Source: Acidobacteriota bacterium | Lineage (GTDB): Bacteria > Acidobacteriota > Terriglobia > Terriglobales > Acidobacteriaceae | Reading direction: 5' to 3' | Length of the DNA stretch: 64,000 bases | Assembly: GCA_046735175.1 (NCBI GenBank) | Contig: JBKPSP010000027.1 | Span: 220-64,219, forward strand | Shown here: piece by piece, positions 37,321 to 45,957 of the stretch | Position numbering within the stretch: position 1 is the stretch's first letter | Layout: every line of letters starts with the position of its first letter | Translations under genes and position numbers: made by a program | The notes under the pieces: model-generated | Seen by the model: only the letters and a program-made list of their open reading frames with translations | Told to the model about the DNA's origin: nothing | Databases searched by the model: none

Positions 37321-37698
37321 TTGCGAACCTTCAAATCGCCGCGCTATGCTTTGTTCCTGATGCAACGCCTCACCGCCAGGCTGCTATTGCTGCTGATCGC
37401 GCTGGGAGTGTGCCAGCCGCTGGTGGAGGCGCTCTCTGCCGCGCCGCCGCATGCCTGCTGCTTGCGAAAGCTTCATGCGCGTCCGAACCACCCGGCACAG
37501 GTGCAAGATCGTAGGAAGGCAGGCGGCAACTGCTGTCCCCCGCTGACTACGCCGCATACGGCGAATCCGGTTTCTGGCGGTCAAACGCATTTTGCCCGGA
37601 CAATCTCCAACCTGAAGCTCATTTCGCAGGATTGTTTTCTTCACAACGCGTTTCAATCCAGCCTCTCCACTCGCGCTCCGCCGTCCCACCTCGGGTAA
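37321..37698 (+). CDS. Hypothetical protein (weak)
   Basis: TTG-initiated 125-aa ORF with one hydrophobic segment and two CC pairs, immediately upstream of the TonB-dependent receptor. No domain recognised. Confidence 0.3.
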   Translation: MRTFKSPRYALFLMQRLTARLLLLLIALGVCQPLVEALSAAPPHACCLRKLHARPNHPAQVQDRRKAGGNCCPPLTTPHTANPVSGGQTHFARTISNLKLISQDCFLHNAFQSSLSTRAPPSHLG

Positions 37699-37737
37699 AT
37701 CCAGGACAGCAATCCTTTGAATCGCAGGAGGGGGCGC

Positions 37738-39933
37738 ATGCTTCAACGCTGCGCGCTGCTTGCCGGAATTTGTGTGATGCTGTGCGGCGAGCTCAGCGCT
37801 TCGATATTCGGCTCAATTACGGGGCTTATTCATGATCCCGAGCACCGGCCGGTTCAGGGTGCGAAGGTGATCATCTGGTCGAACACGACGCAATGGACGA
37901 CTACAACCACAAGCGATCAGGCCGGACAGTTCCGCTTCGACAATGTTGCACTGGGAACTTACACCGTGGAAGTTGATGCGCCCGGTTTCTCGCCGCAGAC
38001 CCAGCAACTGACGCTGGGGTCGGAAGGAGAGATGCGATTGCATTTTCCGTTGAGCATCGCTCAGGCGAACGAATCGGTCCGGGTCACGGATGTCGTTTCG
38101 CAGGTAAATGCCGATTCTTCTACCTCAACCAGCGTGATTGACCGCGAGCAGATCGCGGAGACGCCCGGCGCAACCGAGCCCAACAGTATGGCAATGATTA
38201 CCAATTACGTCCCGGGCGCGTACATGATTCACGATCAACTGCACATTCGCGGAGGGCACCAGGCTTCCTGGTTGCTCGATGGAGTGCCGGTGCCGAATAC
38301 CAGCATTGCGTCCAACGTTGGGCCACAGTTCGATCCCAGAGACATTGACACAATCGAAGTGCAACGCGGGGGATACTCGGCGGAATACGGCGACCGCACG
38401 TACGGCGTTTTCAACGTCGTCACACGCTCGGGTTTCGAACGGAATCGTGAAGGCGAATTCGTCGTGGGCTACGGAAGCTTCAACCAGACCAGCAACCAGA
38501 TCAGCTTTGGAGATCACAGCGAGCGGTTTGCGTATTACGGCAGTTTGTCGGGATACCGCACCGACCTCGGACTCGAAACGCCGGTGCAGAAGGTGATCAA
38601 TGACCAGGGTGCCGGGTTGAGCGCGTTTACGTCACTGATCTTCAACAAGGATGTGAACAATCAATTGCGTTTGGTGGCGTCGGCCCGCGGCGATCACTAC
38701 CAGGTGCCGATCGATCCGTCTGCGCCGTTGCACGATGTGGAAAACGAGCGCGATGATTTCGTGAATTTCTCATGGTTGCATACCATGGGGACAGGCGTGA
38801 CGCTCACGGTTTCGCCGTTCTACCACTTCAATCGCGCGCATTACGAGCCGAGTTTTGCCGATGCAGTGCAGTCGGAATACGATCGCGGATCCAATTATGT
38901 TGGCGGCGTGACCACGATCGGTGTGGTTCGCGGACGCCACAACTTTCACGCCGGACTGCAAGCCTTCGGTGAGCGCGATAATCAGTTCTACAAGGCAAAC
39001 ACGTTGCCGCCGGGCGGACCGGACACATTTCCCCCATCCCGAACCGTGCCCTGGACCAACACTGAAGCAGCTTTCCTCGAGGAACAATTCAAAGCCACAA
39101 GCTGGCTTACCTTGAACGGAGGGGTGCGACTCACCCATTATGGCGGGCCGGTCAGCGAGAACTCCGCCGATCCGCGCATCGGGGCGGCGGTTCAGATTCC
39201 ACATCTGCACTGGGTCCTGCGCGGATTCTATGGACGCTACTATCAGGCACCGCCGCTGGTGACGGTGAACAATCCCGTTCTCAGCCAGACGTTTCTTCCG
39301 CTCCACGGCGAGCGCGATGAACAGCGCGAGATCGGGCTGGCAATTCCGTTCCAAGGCTGGACGTTCGACGTGAGCAACTTTCGTACTGCCGCGCGTAACT
39401 TCTTCGATCACGATGCGCTCGGCAATTCGAACGTCTTTTTTCCTCTGACGCTGGCGCATGCTCGTATTCGCGGATGGGAGGCGACGACGACCTCGCCCCG
39501 GATCGCCAACCGGGCGCAATTTCACCTGGTGTATTCGCATCAGTATGCGGAATGGTCAGGCGATGTGACTGGGGGGCTCATCGGCGGGGACTCATGCGAC
39601 ACGCTCTGCTTCCTGGATCACGATCAGCGGGACACGCTGACCACGGGATTAGACCTTGCTTTGCCGTGGAAGGCTTCGGCTGATGTGAACCTGAGCTATG
39701 GGTCCGGGTTTTTGAACGGCGACGGCGATGTGATGCCGACGCACTTACCCGATCACACCAGCTTCGATCTAGGGCTGGCGAAATCGTTTGGCGAAAAGTT
39801 CACGTTGCGCCTGACCGGCCTGAATCTTTCGAACAATCATTACATGCTCGATAACAGCAACTCGTTTGGAGGCACGCATTTTGTTAATCCGCGGGAAATT
39901 TCGGCGCAGTTGACGTACAGATTCCGCTATTGA
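37738..39933 (+). CDS. TonB-dependent receptor with an N-terminal carboxypeptidase-regulatory-like domain
   Basis: ATG 37738 follows AGGAGGGGG. Features are a signal peptide, a CarboxypepD_reg-like beta-sandwich (GLIHDPEHRPVQGAKVIIW...GTYTVEVDAPGF), a plug domain and a C-terminal aromatic residue (YRFRY). Confidence 0.88.
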   Translation: MLQRCALLAGICVMLCGELSASIFGSITGLIHDPEHRPVQGAKVIIWSNTTQWTTTTTSDQAGQFRFDNVALGTYTVEVDAPGFSPQTQQLTLGSEGEMRLHFPLSIAQANESVRVTDVVSQVNADSSTSTSVIDREQIAETPGATEPNSMAMITNYVPGAYMIHDQLHIRGGHQASWLLDGVPVPNTSIASNVGPQFDPRDIDTIEVQRGGYSAEYGDRTYGVFNVVTRSGFERNREGEFVVGYGSFNQTSNQISFGDHSERFAYYGSLSGYRTDLGLETPVQKVINDQGAGLSAFTSLIFNKDVNNQLRLVASARGDHYQVPIDPSAPLHDVENERDDFVNFSWLHTMGTGVTLTVSPFYHFNRAHYEPSFADAVQSEYDRGSNYVGGVTTIGVVRGRHNFHAGLQAFGERDNQFYKANTLPPGGPDTFPPSRTVPWTNTEAAFLEEQFKATSWLTLNGGVRLTHYGGPVSENSADPRIGAAVQIPHLHWVLRGFYGRYYQAPPLVTVNNPVLSQTFLPLHGERDEQREIGLAIPFQGWTFDVSNFRTAARNFFDHDALGNSNVFFPLTLAHARIRGWEATTTSPRIANRAQFHLVYSHQYAEWSGDVTGGLIGGDSCDTLCFLDHDQRDTLTTGLDLALPWKASADVNLSYGSGFLNGDGDVMPTHLPDHTSFDLGLAKSFGEKFTLRLTGLNLSNNHYMLDNSNSFGGTHFVNPREISAQLTYRFRY

Positions 39934-40026
39934 GAAGTCGTGGGTCCCAGTGGTCGTTTCTGTCCGGACAGACTCATGGAATGTTCGGCGCACTCTGCAG
40001 TTAATGCTTTTGAACCGGAGAACTGA

Positions 40027-40350
40027 ATGAACGCAAAACTTCTTACTTTCATCTGCCTGGCTGTGGCGCTCTCGACATCCTGCAACAAAGCCCCGGCCAC
40101 GGCCGCCAAGCGCTACCATTTGAAGGGCAAAGTGGTTTCTATCGACAAGCAGGGCAAAATGGCCAACATTGACTCCGAGGCCATCCCCGACTTCATGGGT
40201 GCGATGACCATGCCGTATACCGTCAAGCCTGAAGGCGAACTCGACCAACTCAAGCCCGGCGACGCGATCACGGCTGATGTGGTTGTGCAGGACGAAAGCG
40301 CTTGGCTGGAGAATGTTGTGGTGATCGCACCGCCCCCGGTTTCCAAATGA
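40027..40350 (+). CDS. CusF-like periplasmic copper-binding lipoprotein
   Basis: Lipobox LSTSC. GKVVSID...ANIDSEAIPDFMGAMTMPY matches the CusF_Ec-type M-x-M fold pattern. Confidence 0.7.
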   Translation: MNAKLLTFICLAVALSTSCNKAPATAAKRYHLKGKVVSIDKQGKMANIDSEAIPDFMGAMTMPYTVKPEGELDQLKPGDAITADVVVQDESAWLENVVVIAPPPVSK

Positions 40351-40754
40351 AGTACGCGCTCTTGATCGTCGCGCTCGTCGGGCTGGCCGCTTCGTCACTT
40401 GCGCTGCGCGAACACTATCGTCCCTACGGCGACTCTCCATGCGACATCAATGCGCATTGGGATTGCGGAATCGTGAATCATAGCCCGTATGCGGTGGTCC
40501 ATGGAATTCCGGTAGCGGTCGTCGGAATCGCGGGGTACCTCTTGCTCGGAGCCCTTGCCCTGAAGGGTGCCTACCGACTGATGCTCGCCTTTGCTCTCCC
40601 CGCGCTGGCGTTTTCTCTATCTCTGGCACGGATTGAGGCACATGATCTCGGAGTTTGGTGTCTGTATTGTGTGATCTCGCTTGGGGCGATTTCGATCATG
40701 ACGTTGCTGCTGGTGGGCGCTGTTGCCGTCAGTTTGCGTAAGCAATCGGCGTAG
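40347..40754 (+). CDS. Vitamin K epoxide reductase (VKOR) family membrane protein
   Basis: The loop Cys pair (SPCDINAHWDC) and the CLYC redox motif sit in a 4-TM protein. ATGA overlap with the CusF-like gene. Confidence 0.8.
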   Translation: MKYALLIVALVGLAASSLALREHYRPYGDSPCDINAHWDCGIVNHSPYAVVHGIPVAVVGIAGYLLLGALALKGAYRLMLAFALPALAFSLSLARIEAHDLGVWCLYCVISLGAISIMTLLLVGAVAVSLRKQSA

Positions 40755-40824
40755 AAGGCCTCGACGGAAACGCTTCATGCAAGTTTGATCTAGGTTATCG
40801 TTCTCACAATTAACTGGAGGCACC

Positions 40825-41529
40825 ATGAGAAATTTCCTCGTTGTGGCATTCGTGTGTGTGGCTTCTTTCTTGGCGCAAAGCCAGCAACTCATAACTGCAC
40901 CGAAGGTCATTAAGACGACGGGAACGGCGGAAATAAAGGTCACACCCGACAAAGCGATCATCCAGGTTGGGGTCGAGCGGCAGAGTGCGACCGCAAAAGG
41001 CGCGAAAGCTGCCGCAGACAACATCTCGCGAAAGATCCTCGCGGCACTCAAAGCGAGCGCGGTGGAAGACAAGGACATCCAAACTGCCTACTTGTACCTG
41101 CAGCCCACGAGCTATTACGAAAAGCACGTACGCATCAACAACTTTACGGCGACCCAGTCCCTCTCGGTTACCGTTCGCGACCTTTCTCACTTGGACAGTG
41201 TCATGGACACTGTGATGTCGGCCGGCGCCAATCGCATCGATGGCATTGAATACCAATCCAGCGAACTGAGGAAATACAGGGACCAGGCACGCGATGAGGC
41301 GGCCAAGGCAGCAAAGGAAAAAGCCATCGCTCTCGCGACGGCGCTGGGAAATCAGATTGGGAAGACGTATTCGATAGAAGAGGTCCAGCAGTGGAATGGC
41401 CCTTACGGCTACGCCAGCCTCCAAGCGAACGCGGTGTTCGAAGGACCGATGAAATCACGGGTCCCTTCCACCGCTCCCGGACAACTAACTGTCACAGCGT
41501 CCGTAGTCGTCAGCTTTGATTTGTTGTGA
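40825..41529 (+). CDS. SIMPL (DUF541) domain periplasmic protein
   Basis: Signal peptide. ...GTAEIKVTPDKAIIQVGVE...ARDEAAKAAKEKA...PGQLTVTASVVVSFDL is the SIMPL family pattern. Confidence 0.8.
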   Translation: MRNFLVVAFVCVASFLAQSQQLITAPKVIKTTGTAEIKVTPDKAIIQVGVERQSATAKGAKAAADNISRKILAALKASAVEDKDIQTAYLYLQPTSYYEKHVRINNFTATQSLSVTVRDLSHLDSVMDTVMSAGANRIDGIEYQSSELRKYRDQARDEAAKAAKEKAIALATALGNQIGKTYSIEEVQQWNGPYGYASLQANAVFEGPMKSRVPSTAPGQLTVTASVVVSFDLL

Positions 41530-41640
41530 AGCTGAGAATTGGAAAGCCCCACGTCTCATGGGTGCAAGAGAGGTTCCGTCGAGCTTCGCTCGACTGAACG
41601 GGCGGGCCGCCCGTTCCACATGGCCTGAGGGAGATTTCAA

Positions 41641-41675
41641 GCAAAAACAAAAAGGCGACCTTTACAGGTCGCCTT
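41641..41675 (-). terminator. Rho-independent terminator of the cold-shock gene
   Basis: On the minus strand: aaggcgacc-tgtaaa-ggtcgcctt followed by tttgttttt. Confidence 0.85.
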
Positions 41676-41695
41676 AACCAAGTTGTAAGTGGTTG

Positions 41696-41896
41696 TTAGA
41701 CAGCCTTTACGTTCTCGGCTTGGAAGCCCTTGGGGCCCTTTACTACGTCGAAGCTGACTTGCTGACCTTCCTGCAGGCTGCGGAATCCGTTGCTTTGAAT
41801 GGCCGAGAAGTGAACGAACACGTCCTCGCCGTTCTGGCGGCTGATGAAACCATAACCTTTGGCGTCGTTAAACCACTTTACTGTTCCTGTTTCCAT
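41696..41896 (-). CDS. cspA: CspA-family cold-shock protein
   Basis: [15 protein letters not shown] (RNP1) and VFVHFSAI (RNP2). 66 aa. Confidence 0.97.
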   Translation of the reverse strand: METGTVKWFNDAKGYGFISRQNGEDVFVHFSAIQSNGFRSLQEGQQVSFDVVKGPKGFQAENVKAV

Positions 41897-42022
41897 GGTA
41901 TTGCTTTGTTTCCTTTGTGTTGAAATCGCGCTGAGTTTTCGCTGGACTTCTGCAGGCAGGTCACGCAGGTGCGGGATTGCTTGTTGCAGTGGTACCGCTA
42001 AATCAAACGCAGCTACATTATA
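41897..42022 (-). promoter_or_regulatory. Long 5' leader of the cold-shock gene with a candidate -10 box
   Basis: A perfect TATAAT on the minus strand (plus coordinates 42017-42022, context GGTATAATG) lies about 120 nt upstream of the ATG. Long structured leaders are typical of cspA-type genes. No convincing -35 element. Confidence 0.35.
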
Positions 42023-42128
42023 CCTTAGATGGTCAAGAAAGGCTAGACGAATGCGGACAGACCTTCAAAGAACAGGCTAACTGTCCACCCTAAGCTGGTT
42101 GCGCTGACCTCTATGCGAAAATCCTTGC

Positions 42129-42779
42129 GTGATCGCGGAAACGATCCCGGGTGGCTACGACGGAGGGGGAAGGAGGGTCACAGCCGCCTACTTCCACCGC
42201 AACGCACACGGGGCCCTGCCAATAGGGCGTTACCTGAGCCACCGCTTAACAGTCCAGTGCAGTTGTTTAGACGATGTCCGCCGATTCCTGAATGAATGTC
42301 GCGGGGTCTCCTCCGTGGATTTGTTTGGAAAATACAGGTGGCAACCGCCAGAGGATTTCGAACGCTTGAAAAAGGGAGGTTGTGTAGATTTCTCGCTATG
42401 GACATGGCGGCAGTTACTCGCCCTGGGCTACGATGCACGCTTTGTTGGCGGGAGAAGTGGCCGCTACGGAACAGGGCACGCTTGGGTTGAATATTTCGAA
42501 GATGGAAAATGTTTCCTTGTTGAGCCGCAACTCAGCAAAGCTGGAGAGAGGATTCCAAGGCTGACCACAGTCCGCTACCACCCTAAGGTTTCCGTCGCGC
42601 AAGACGGGGAAAAACTCTTGTATTTTGCTCATCGGGAAACTGAATTCGCTCCTAAATGGCGGACTCTATTGTCGCTTCTATGGGAGTGGTTCACCTTTTG
42701 GGCGTTGTTCTGGCTGAAAAACGCTCACCATCTGCCACTTTTGCTTGGGCGGCTTTGGCGAAGAAAAGTCCAACGGTAA
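42129..42779 (+). CDS. Transglutaminase-like cysteine-protease-fold protein with a C-terminal TM segment
   Basis: GGCVDFSLWTW (Cys), GTGHAWVEY (His) and FLVEP (acidic) are spaced like a transglutaminase-core triad. GTG start, uncertain. Confidence 0.5.
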   Translation: MIAETIPGGYDGGGRRVTAAYFHRNAHGALPIGRYLSHRLTVQCSCLDDVRRFLNECRGVSSVDLFGKYRWQPPEDFERLKKGGCVDFSLWTWRQLLALGYDARFVGGRSGRYGTGHAWVEYFEDGKCFLVEPQLSKAGERIPRLTTVRYHPKVSVAQDGEKLLYFAHRETEFAPKWRTLLSLLWEWFTFWALFWLKNAHHLPLLLGRLWRRKVQR

Positions 42780-42860
42780 CTAAGTTATGCCGAAAAATAC
42801 AAAAGGCGCTCGCTTTTTGGCGAGCGCCTTTACCCAACGCGGGGCTGGTTGACCCCAAAC

Positions 42861-43535
42861 TTATTTCGCAGTTACCAACGAATGCGTGATCGCGTGGACT
42901 GACAGCGCGATTCGGTTCTGCACGCCTACTTTGCGCATCAGCTTGGCGACGTGAGCTTTTACAGTCCGCTCTTCGATTCCCAGGGCTGAGCCGATTTCTT
43001 TATTGGAGCGGCCGGCGACCAGCATCTCCAGGACTTCTTTTTCGCGGTCGGTGAAAGTCACGCGGCCGGCTGGGAAGATGCGTCCCGGAGCCGAACTGAC
43101 GCGCTCAATAAACATCGAGAGCACGCGGCGAGGGGCCCAGACCGAACCTTGATGAACGATTCTCAAGGCCTGCACAAATTCGCTGGCAGAAGCGGCTTCG
43201 TCGACGTAGCCTTTTGATCCCGAGGCGATCGCTTTGAGAATGGTTTCTTCGTCCATGCCGGCGCCGGTCACGATGATTCTGAGGTCGGGGCGGGAAGCCT
43301 TCAGGCTGGCCATCACGTCGAACAGGTTTTGGCCGTTGCGGTTACCGAGGAGCACGAGGTCGATGTCCTGCATGACCGCGATATCGGGCAGGCTGGCCGA
43401 GACCAACTCGAAATCCGGTTCGGAATCAAACAGGGCGCGAAAGCCAACAAACCGCAGCGGATCGCTTTCAACTACGGCGATGCGAATCTGCGCTTTCTTG
43501 CTTGGTGTCGCCTTCATTGCGGTTCCAGCTTTCAT
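42861..43535 (-). CDS. LuxR/NarL-type regulator with a degenerate receiver domain
   Basis: LuxR HTH (FTDREKEVLEMLVAGRSNKEIGSALGIEERTVKAHVAKLMRKVG). The receiver phospho-acceptor position is Gly (DLVLLGNRNG). Confidence 0.8.
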   Translation of the reverse strand: MKAGTAMKATPSKKAQIRIAVVESDPLRFVGFRALFDSEPDFELVSASLPDIAVMQDIDLVLLGNRNGQNLFDVMASLKASRPDLRIIVTGAGMDEETILKAIASGSKGYVDEAASASEFVQALRIVHQGSVWAPRRVLSMFIERVSSAPGRIFPAGRVTFTDREKEVLEMLVAGRSNKEIGSALGIEERTVKAHVAKLMRKVGVQNRIALSVHAITHSLVTAK

Positions 43536-43670
43536 AGGTATGGCTGTCCTCGGAGGTAGCGATGTAAGTAGGATATCTGCAATAGAAAGCGATGCAAGTT
43601 CCGTAACGTATTGTGAATTACGGGAGTAACATGGATTTGCATCCGAACTCGTGGTGCTCCGGAAGAAAAT

Positions 43671-43711
43671 CTTGAACCACAGAGGGCACAGAGGTTCACA
43701 GAGGAAAACAC
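43671..43711. repeat. TGAACCACAGAGG-type repeat abutting a start codon
   Basis: cttgaaccacagagggcacagaggttcacagaggaaaacac ends 6 nt before ATG 43718. Its last GAGGA can serve as the SD. Confidence 0.75.
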
Positions 43712-43717
43712 ATAGGC

Positions 43718-44155
43718 ATGAACATTCGACGAGGGCTCATTAGAGGAATTTCAGTTTTGCTGCTGGCGGCGGTAGTGTCGGCACAGGCGGCGTATACGCC
43801 GAAATTCAAGGGCGATCCGGCGCGGTCGGATTCGGAGGCGGCGGCGCTCGGATATCTGCGGACGTTTTTGCGAGCGCAGAAAATCTACAAAAAGAAGAAC
43901 GGTAAGTACGCGTACACATTGATGGACCTGTCGAAAACCGGGTCGTTCACCCGGCGCATGGCGTCTTCGACCGATCGCGGCGACTATACGGTGAAGTTTC
44001 GTCCGCATAAGGACAAGGACACGTTCGAGATCACGATGGTGCCGAAGCAGGAAGACTCGACGCATCGCTCCTTCTTCTCGGATGAACAGGGAAAGCTTCG
44101 GGTGGACGAGACGAAAGAGGCGGATGCTGGGTCCGACGTGTTGAAGGCGGACTGA
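43718..44155 (+). CDS. Hypothetical secreted protein
   Basis: Signal peptide (ISVLLLAAVVSAQAA). No domain recognised. Confidence 0.55.
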   Translation: MNIRRGLIRGISVLLLAAVVSAQAAYTPKFKGDPARSDSEAAALGYLRTFLRAQKIYKKKNGKYAYTLMDLSKTGSFTRRMASSTDRGDYTVKFRPHKDKDTFEITMVPKQEDSTHRSFFSDEQGKLRVDETKEADAGSDVLKAD

Positions 44156-44200
44156 AAGAACCATCGTTCGTCGTACGTCGTTCTTCAAAACTGGGAGCCT

Positions 44201-44911
44201 CTAACCTCCTGCGCCAACCTTTACGTCCACTGCCTTTCCGTTGTGGAAGCTGATTCTGACCGGTTTGCCGCCGTTGGGGTAGTTGAGTGTGCGGTCGGTT
44301 GAGTCGCTGCCTGATTCCAGCAAGCCGAGGCCGAGCGCAAAATCTGCCTGGATTTCATTCATGCCGGGCTTGGCTTGATGCTGGTCGATCGCCTGCCACA
44401 CGTCTCCGGGCCAATGCTTGTAGAGCCCGTGCGGATCTTCGAAGAACAGCATGTCATTCACCCAGAAATTGTAGAACCCACCTTGTTCGGTTCCGATTGC
44501 TGTGGCGTACGACTTCCCCGCATCGTCGAAGACGGCAAGGAGCTGTTTTTGGGTGCCCTCTTTTGGCGACGCGCCAGTCACCAGATCTTTGACCTCGAGC
44601 TTTTGCAGCGGGAGAAGCTTGCCAGCTTCATGACCGAGATCGGCGTGGTGCGACTGCAGATTGTAGGGGAAGTAGGCGTAGGCATATCCCACCTTGACCC
44701 ATGCCGGCTGTTTCGTAAGCTCGGCTTTGGCGGATTTCAGGTCGTAGGGAAAAATCTTTTTGGGATGAACATAGAAATCGGGATCGATGGCCGGGGCCTG
44801 CTGTTTCTGTGAGACGGCTGAATCCTGATGGCGTTCGTAGAAGATCCAGGCGACGCGGATTGCGGCGAGGACCATGCCGAGAGTGAGGATGGTTTGGATT
44901 TTCTGTTTCAT
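44201..44911 (-). CDS. Hypothetical membrane-anchored protein
   Basis: 236 aa with an N-terminal TM anchor (TILTLGMVLAAIRVAWIF). No domain recognised. Confidence 0.6.
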   Translation of the reverse strand: MKQKIQTILTLGMVLAAIRVAWIFYERHQDSAVSQKQQAPAIDPDFYVHPKKIFPYDLKSAKAELTKQPAWVKVGYAYAYFPYNLQSHHADLGHEAGKLLPLQKLEVKDLVTGASPKEGTQKQLLAVFDDAGKSYATAIGTEQGGFYNFWVNDMLFFEDPHGLYKHWPGDVWQAIDQHQAKPGMNEIQADFALGLGLLESGSDSTDRTLNYPNGGKPVRISFHNGKAVDVKVGAGG

Positions 44912-44914
44912 AAA

Positions 44915-45064
44915 GCCATCAGCCGTCAGCCATCAGCCGTCAGGAAAACCAGTTCCTGGGTTTTGGCTCTTAGCTGACCAGCCAAGGTTCACGCTAAAGG
45001 CTAACAGCTAGGAGCTAAAAGCTAAAAGTTTTACCTGATGGCTGACGGCTGATGGCCGATGGCT
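44915..45064. repeat. Triple heptamer-array element in a divergent promoter region
   Basis: The left arm is gccatca gccgtca gccatca gccgtca (44915-44942). The central array is gctaaag gctaaca gctagga gctaaaa gctaaaa (44993-45027). The right arm, cctgatg gctgacg gctgatg gccgatg (45034-45061), is complementary to the left arm. Confidence 0.9.
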
Positions 45065-45094
45065 CGCTTGAGATAAACTGAGAGCGAGACATTT

Positions 45095-45415
45095 ATGTCA
45101 GCCCTCACGCAGGAAGAAGTCTTCACGGCGCTAAAGGATTGTTACGATCCGGAGATTCCGGTCAATATTGTCGATCTCGGGTTGATTTATGGGGTCAAGA
45201 TCGATCCGATCGAAAATGAGCAGCAGGACGTTACGGTGGACATGACATTGACCGCGCAAGGCTGTCCGGCGCATGTGCAGATCGGGGAACAGGTGAAGTC
45301 ACGGGTGCAGCAGCTTGCGGGGGTGCGGAACGTGAACGTCAACGTGGTCTGGAACCCACCGTGGACGCCTGAGCGCTTGAGCAACGATGCGCGCAAGCAA
45401 CTGGGCATTGAGTAG
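45095..45415 (+). CDS. DUF59 / SufT-like iron-sulfur cluster assembly protein
   Basis: VFTALKDCYDPEIPVNIVDLGLIY...TLTAQGCPA is the classic DUF59 (MIP18) signature. Confidence 0.85.
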   Translation: MSALTQEEVFTALKDCYDPEIPVNIVDLGLIYGVKIDPIENEQQDVTVDMTLTAQGCPAHVQIGEQVKSRVQQLAGVRNVNVNVVWNPPWTPERLSNDARKQLGIE

Positions 45416-45607
45416 CTGAGCGGACGGTGCCCCGGGCTTGTTAAGCCGGAATCTCGGTCGTCCCTACGGGACTTGGAACCACTTCTTAATGTTCCAGCGC
45501 TGAAGGGCGGGGCTAAGCTCGGCCGGCCTTCCGGGTCTGTTGCGAGGAGTTAGGGATATTAAGATTGCACGGGCAAGGACCGCCGATGCCCCACAACTTC
45601 TTCACGA

Positions 45608-45916
45608 TCAGCTGCGCAGCAGAGTGTCAACCCAATCGCGGTTGCGGCGATCATTGGCGGCCGCAAGATGCTCGCCCACGCGCGACGCGACTTCGAGCAC
45701 AGTCAGCCCGCGATCAATGTAGTGCGGCAACTCCGCTCGAATGGAGCGAAATTTTTCCGGATACTCAGAAGCCAAGGCGGTAAGGCTCACTCCCATGAGG
45801 AGGAGTCCCGGGCCGGGCTTACCCTTGACGAAACAGATCGTGCTCAAGGCAGCGGAGCCTGCGATGAGCGCTCGTTTCCAGTTTTCCATTTCCTGCCGTT
45901 CTTCTCTTCTGGTCAT
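45608..45916 (-). CDS. Hypothetical protein
   Basis: 102-aa ORF with one or two hydrophobic segments. No domain recognised. Confidence 0.4.
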   Translation of the reverse strand: MTRREERQEMENWKRALIAGSAALSTICFVKGKPGPGLLLMGVSLTALASEYPEKFRSIRAELPHYIDRGLTVLEVASRVGEHLAAANDRRNRDWVDTLLRS

Positions 45917-45957
45917 AGCTTCTCGAATATACTGCCGAGTGCCTTCGGAGGGCTAGG

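Noticed and set aside
45428-45538. About 110-nt structured segment after the DUF59 gene (…gtccctacgggac…ccagcgctgaagggcggggctaagctcggccggccttccgggtc)
   Set aside because: It resembles intergenic elements I associate with Acidobacteria. Only one copy occurs in this window, so I cannot support it as a repeat from the sequence alone. The segments at 41545-41640 and 54340-54410 are similar single-copy candidates.
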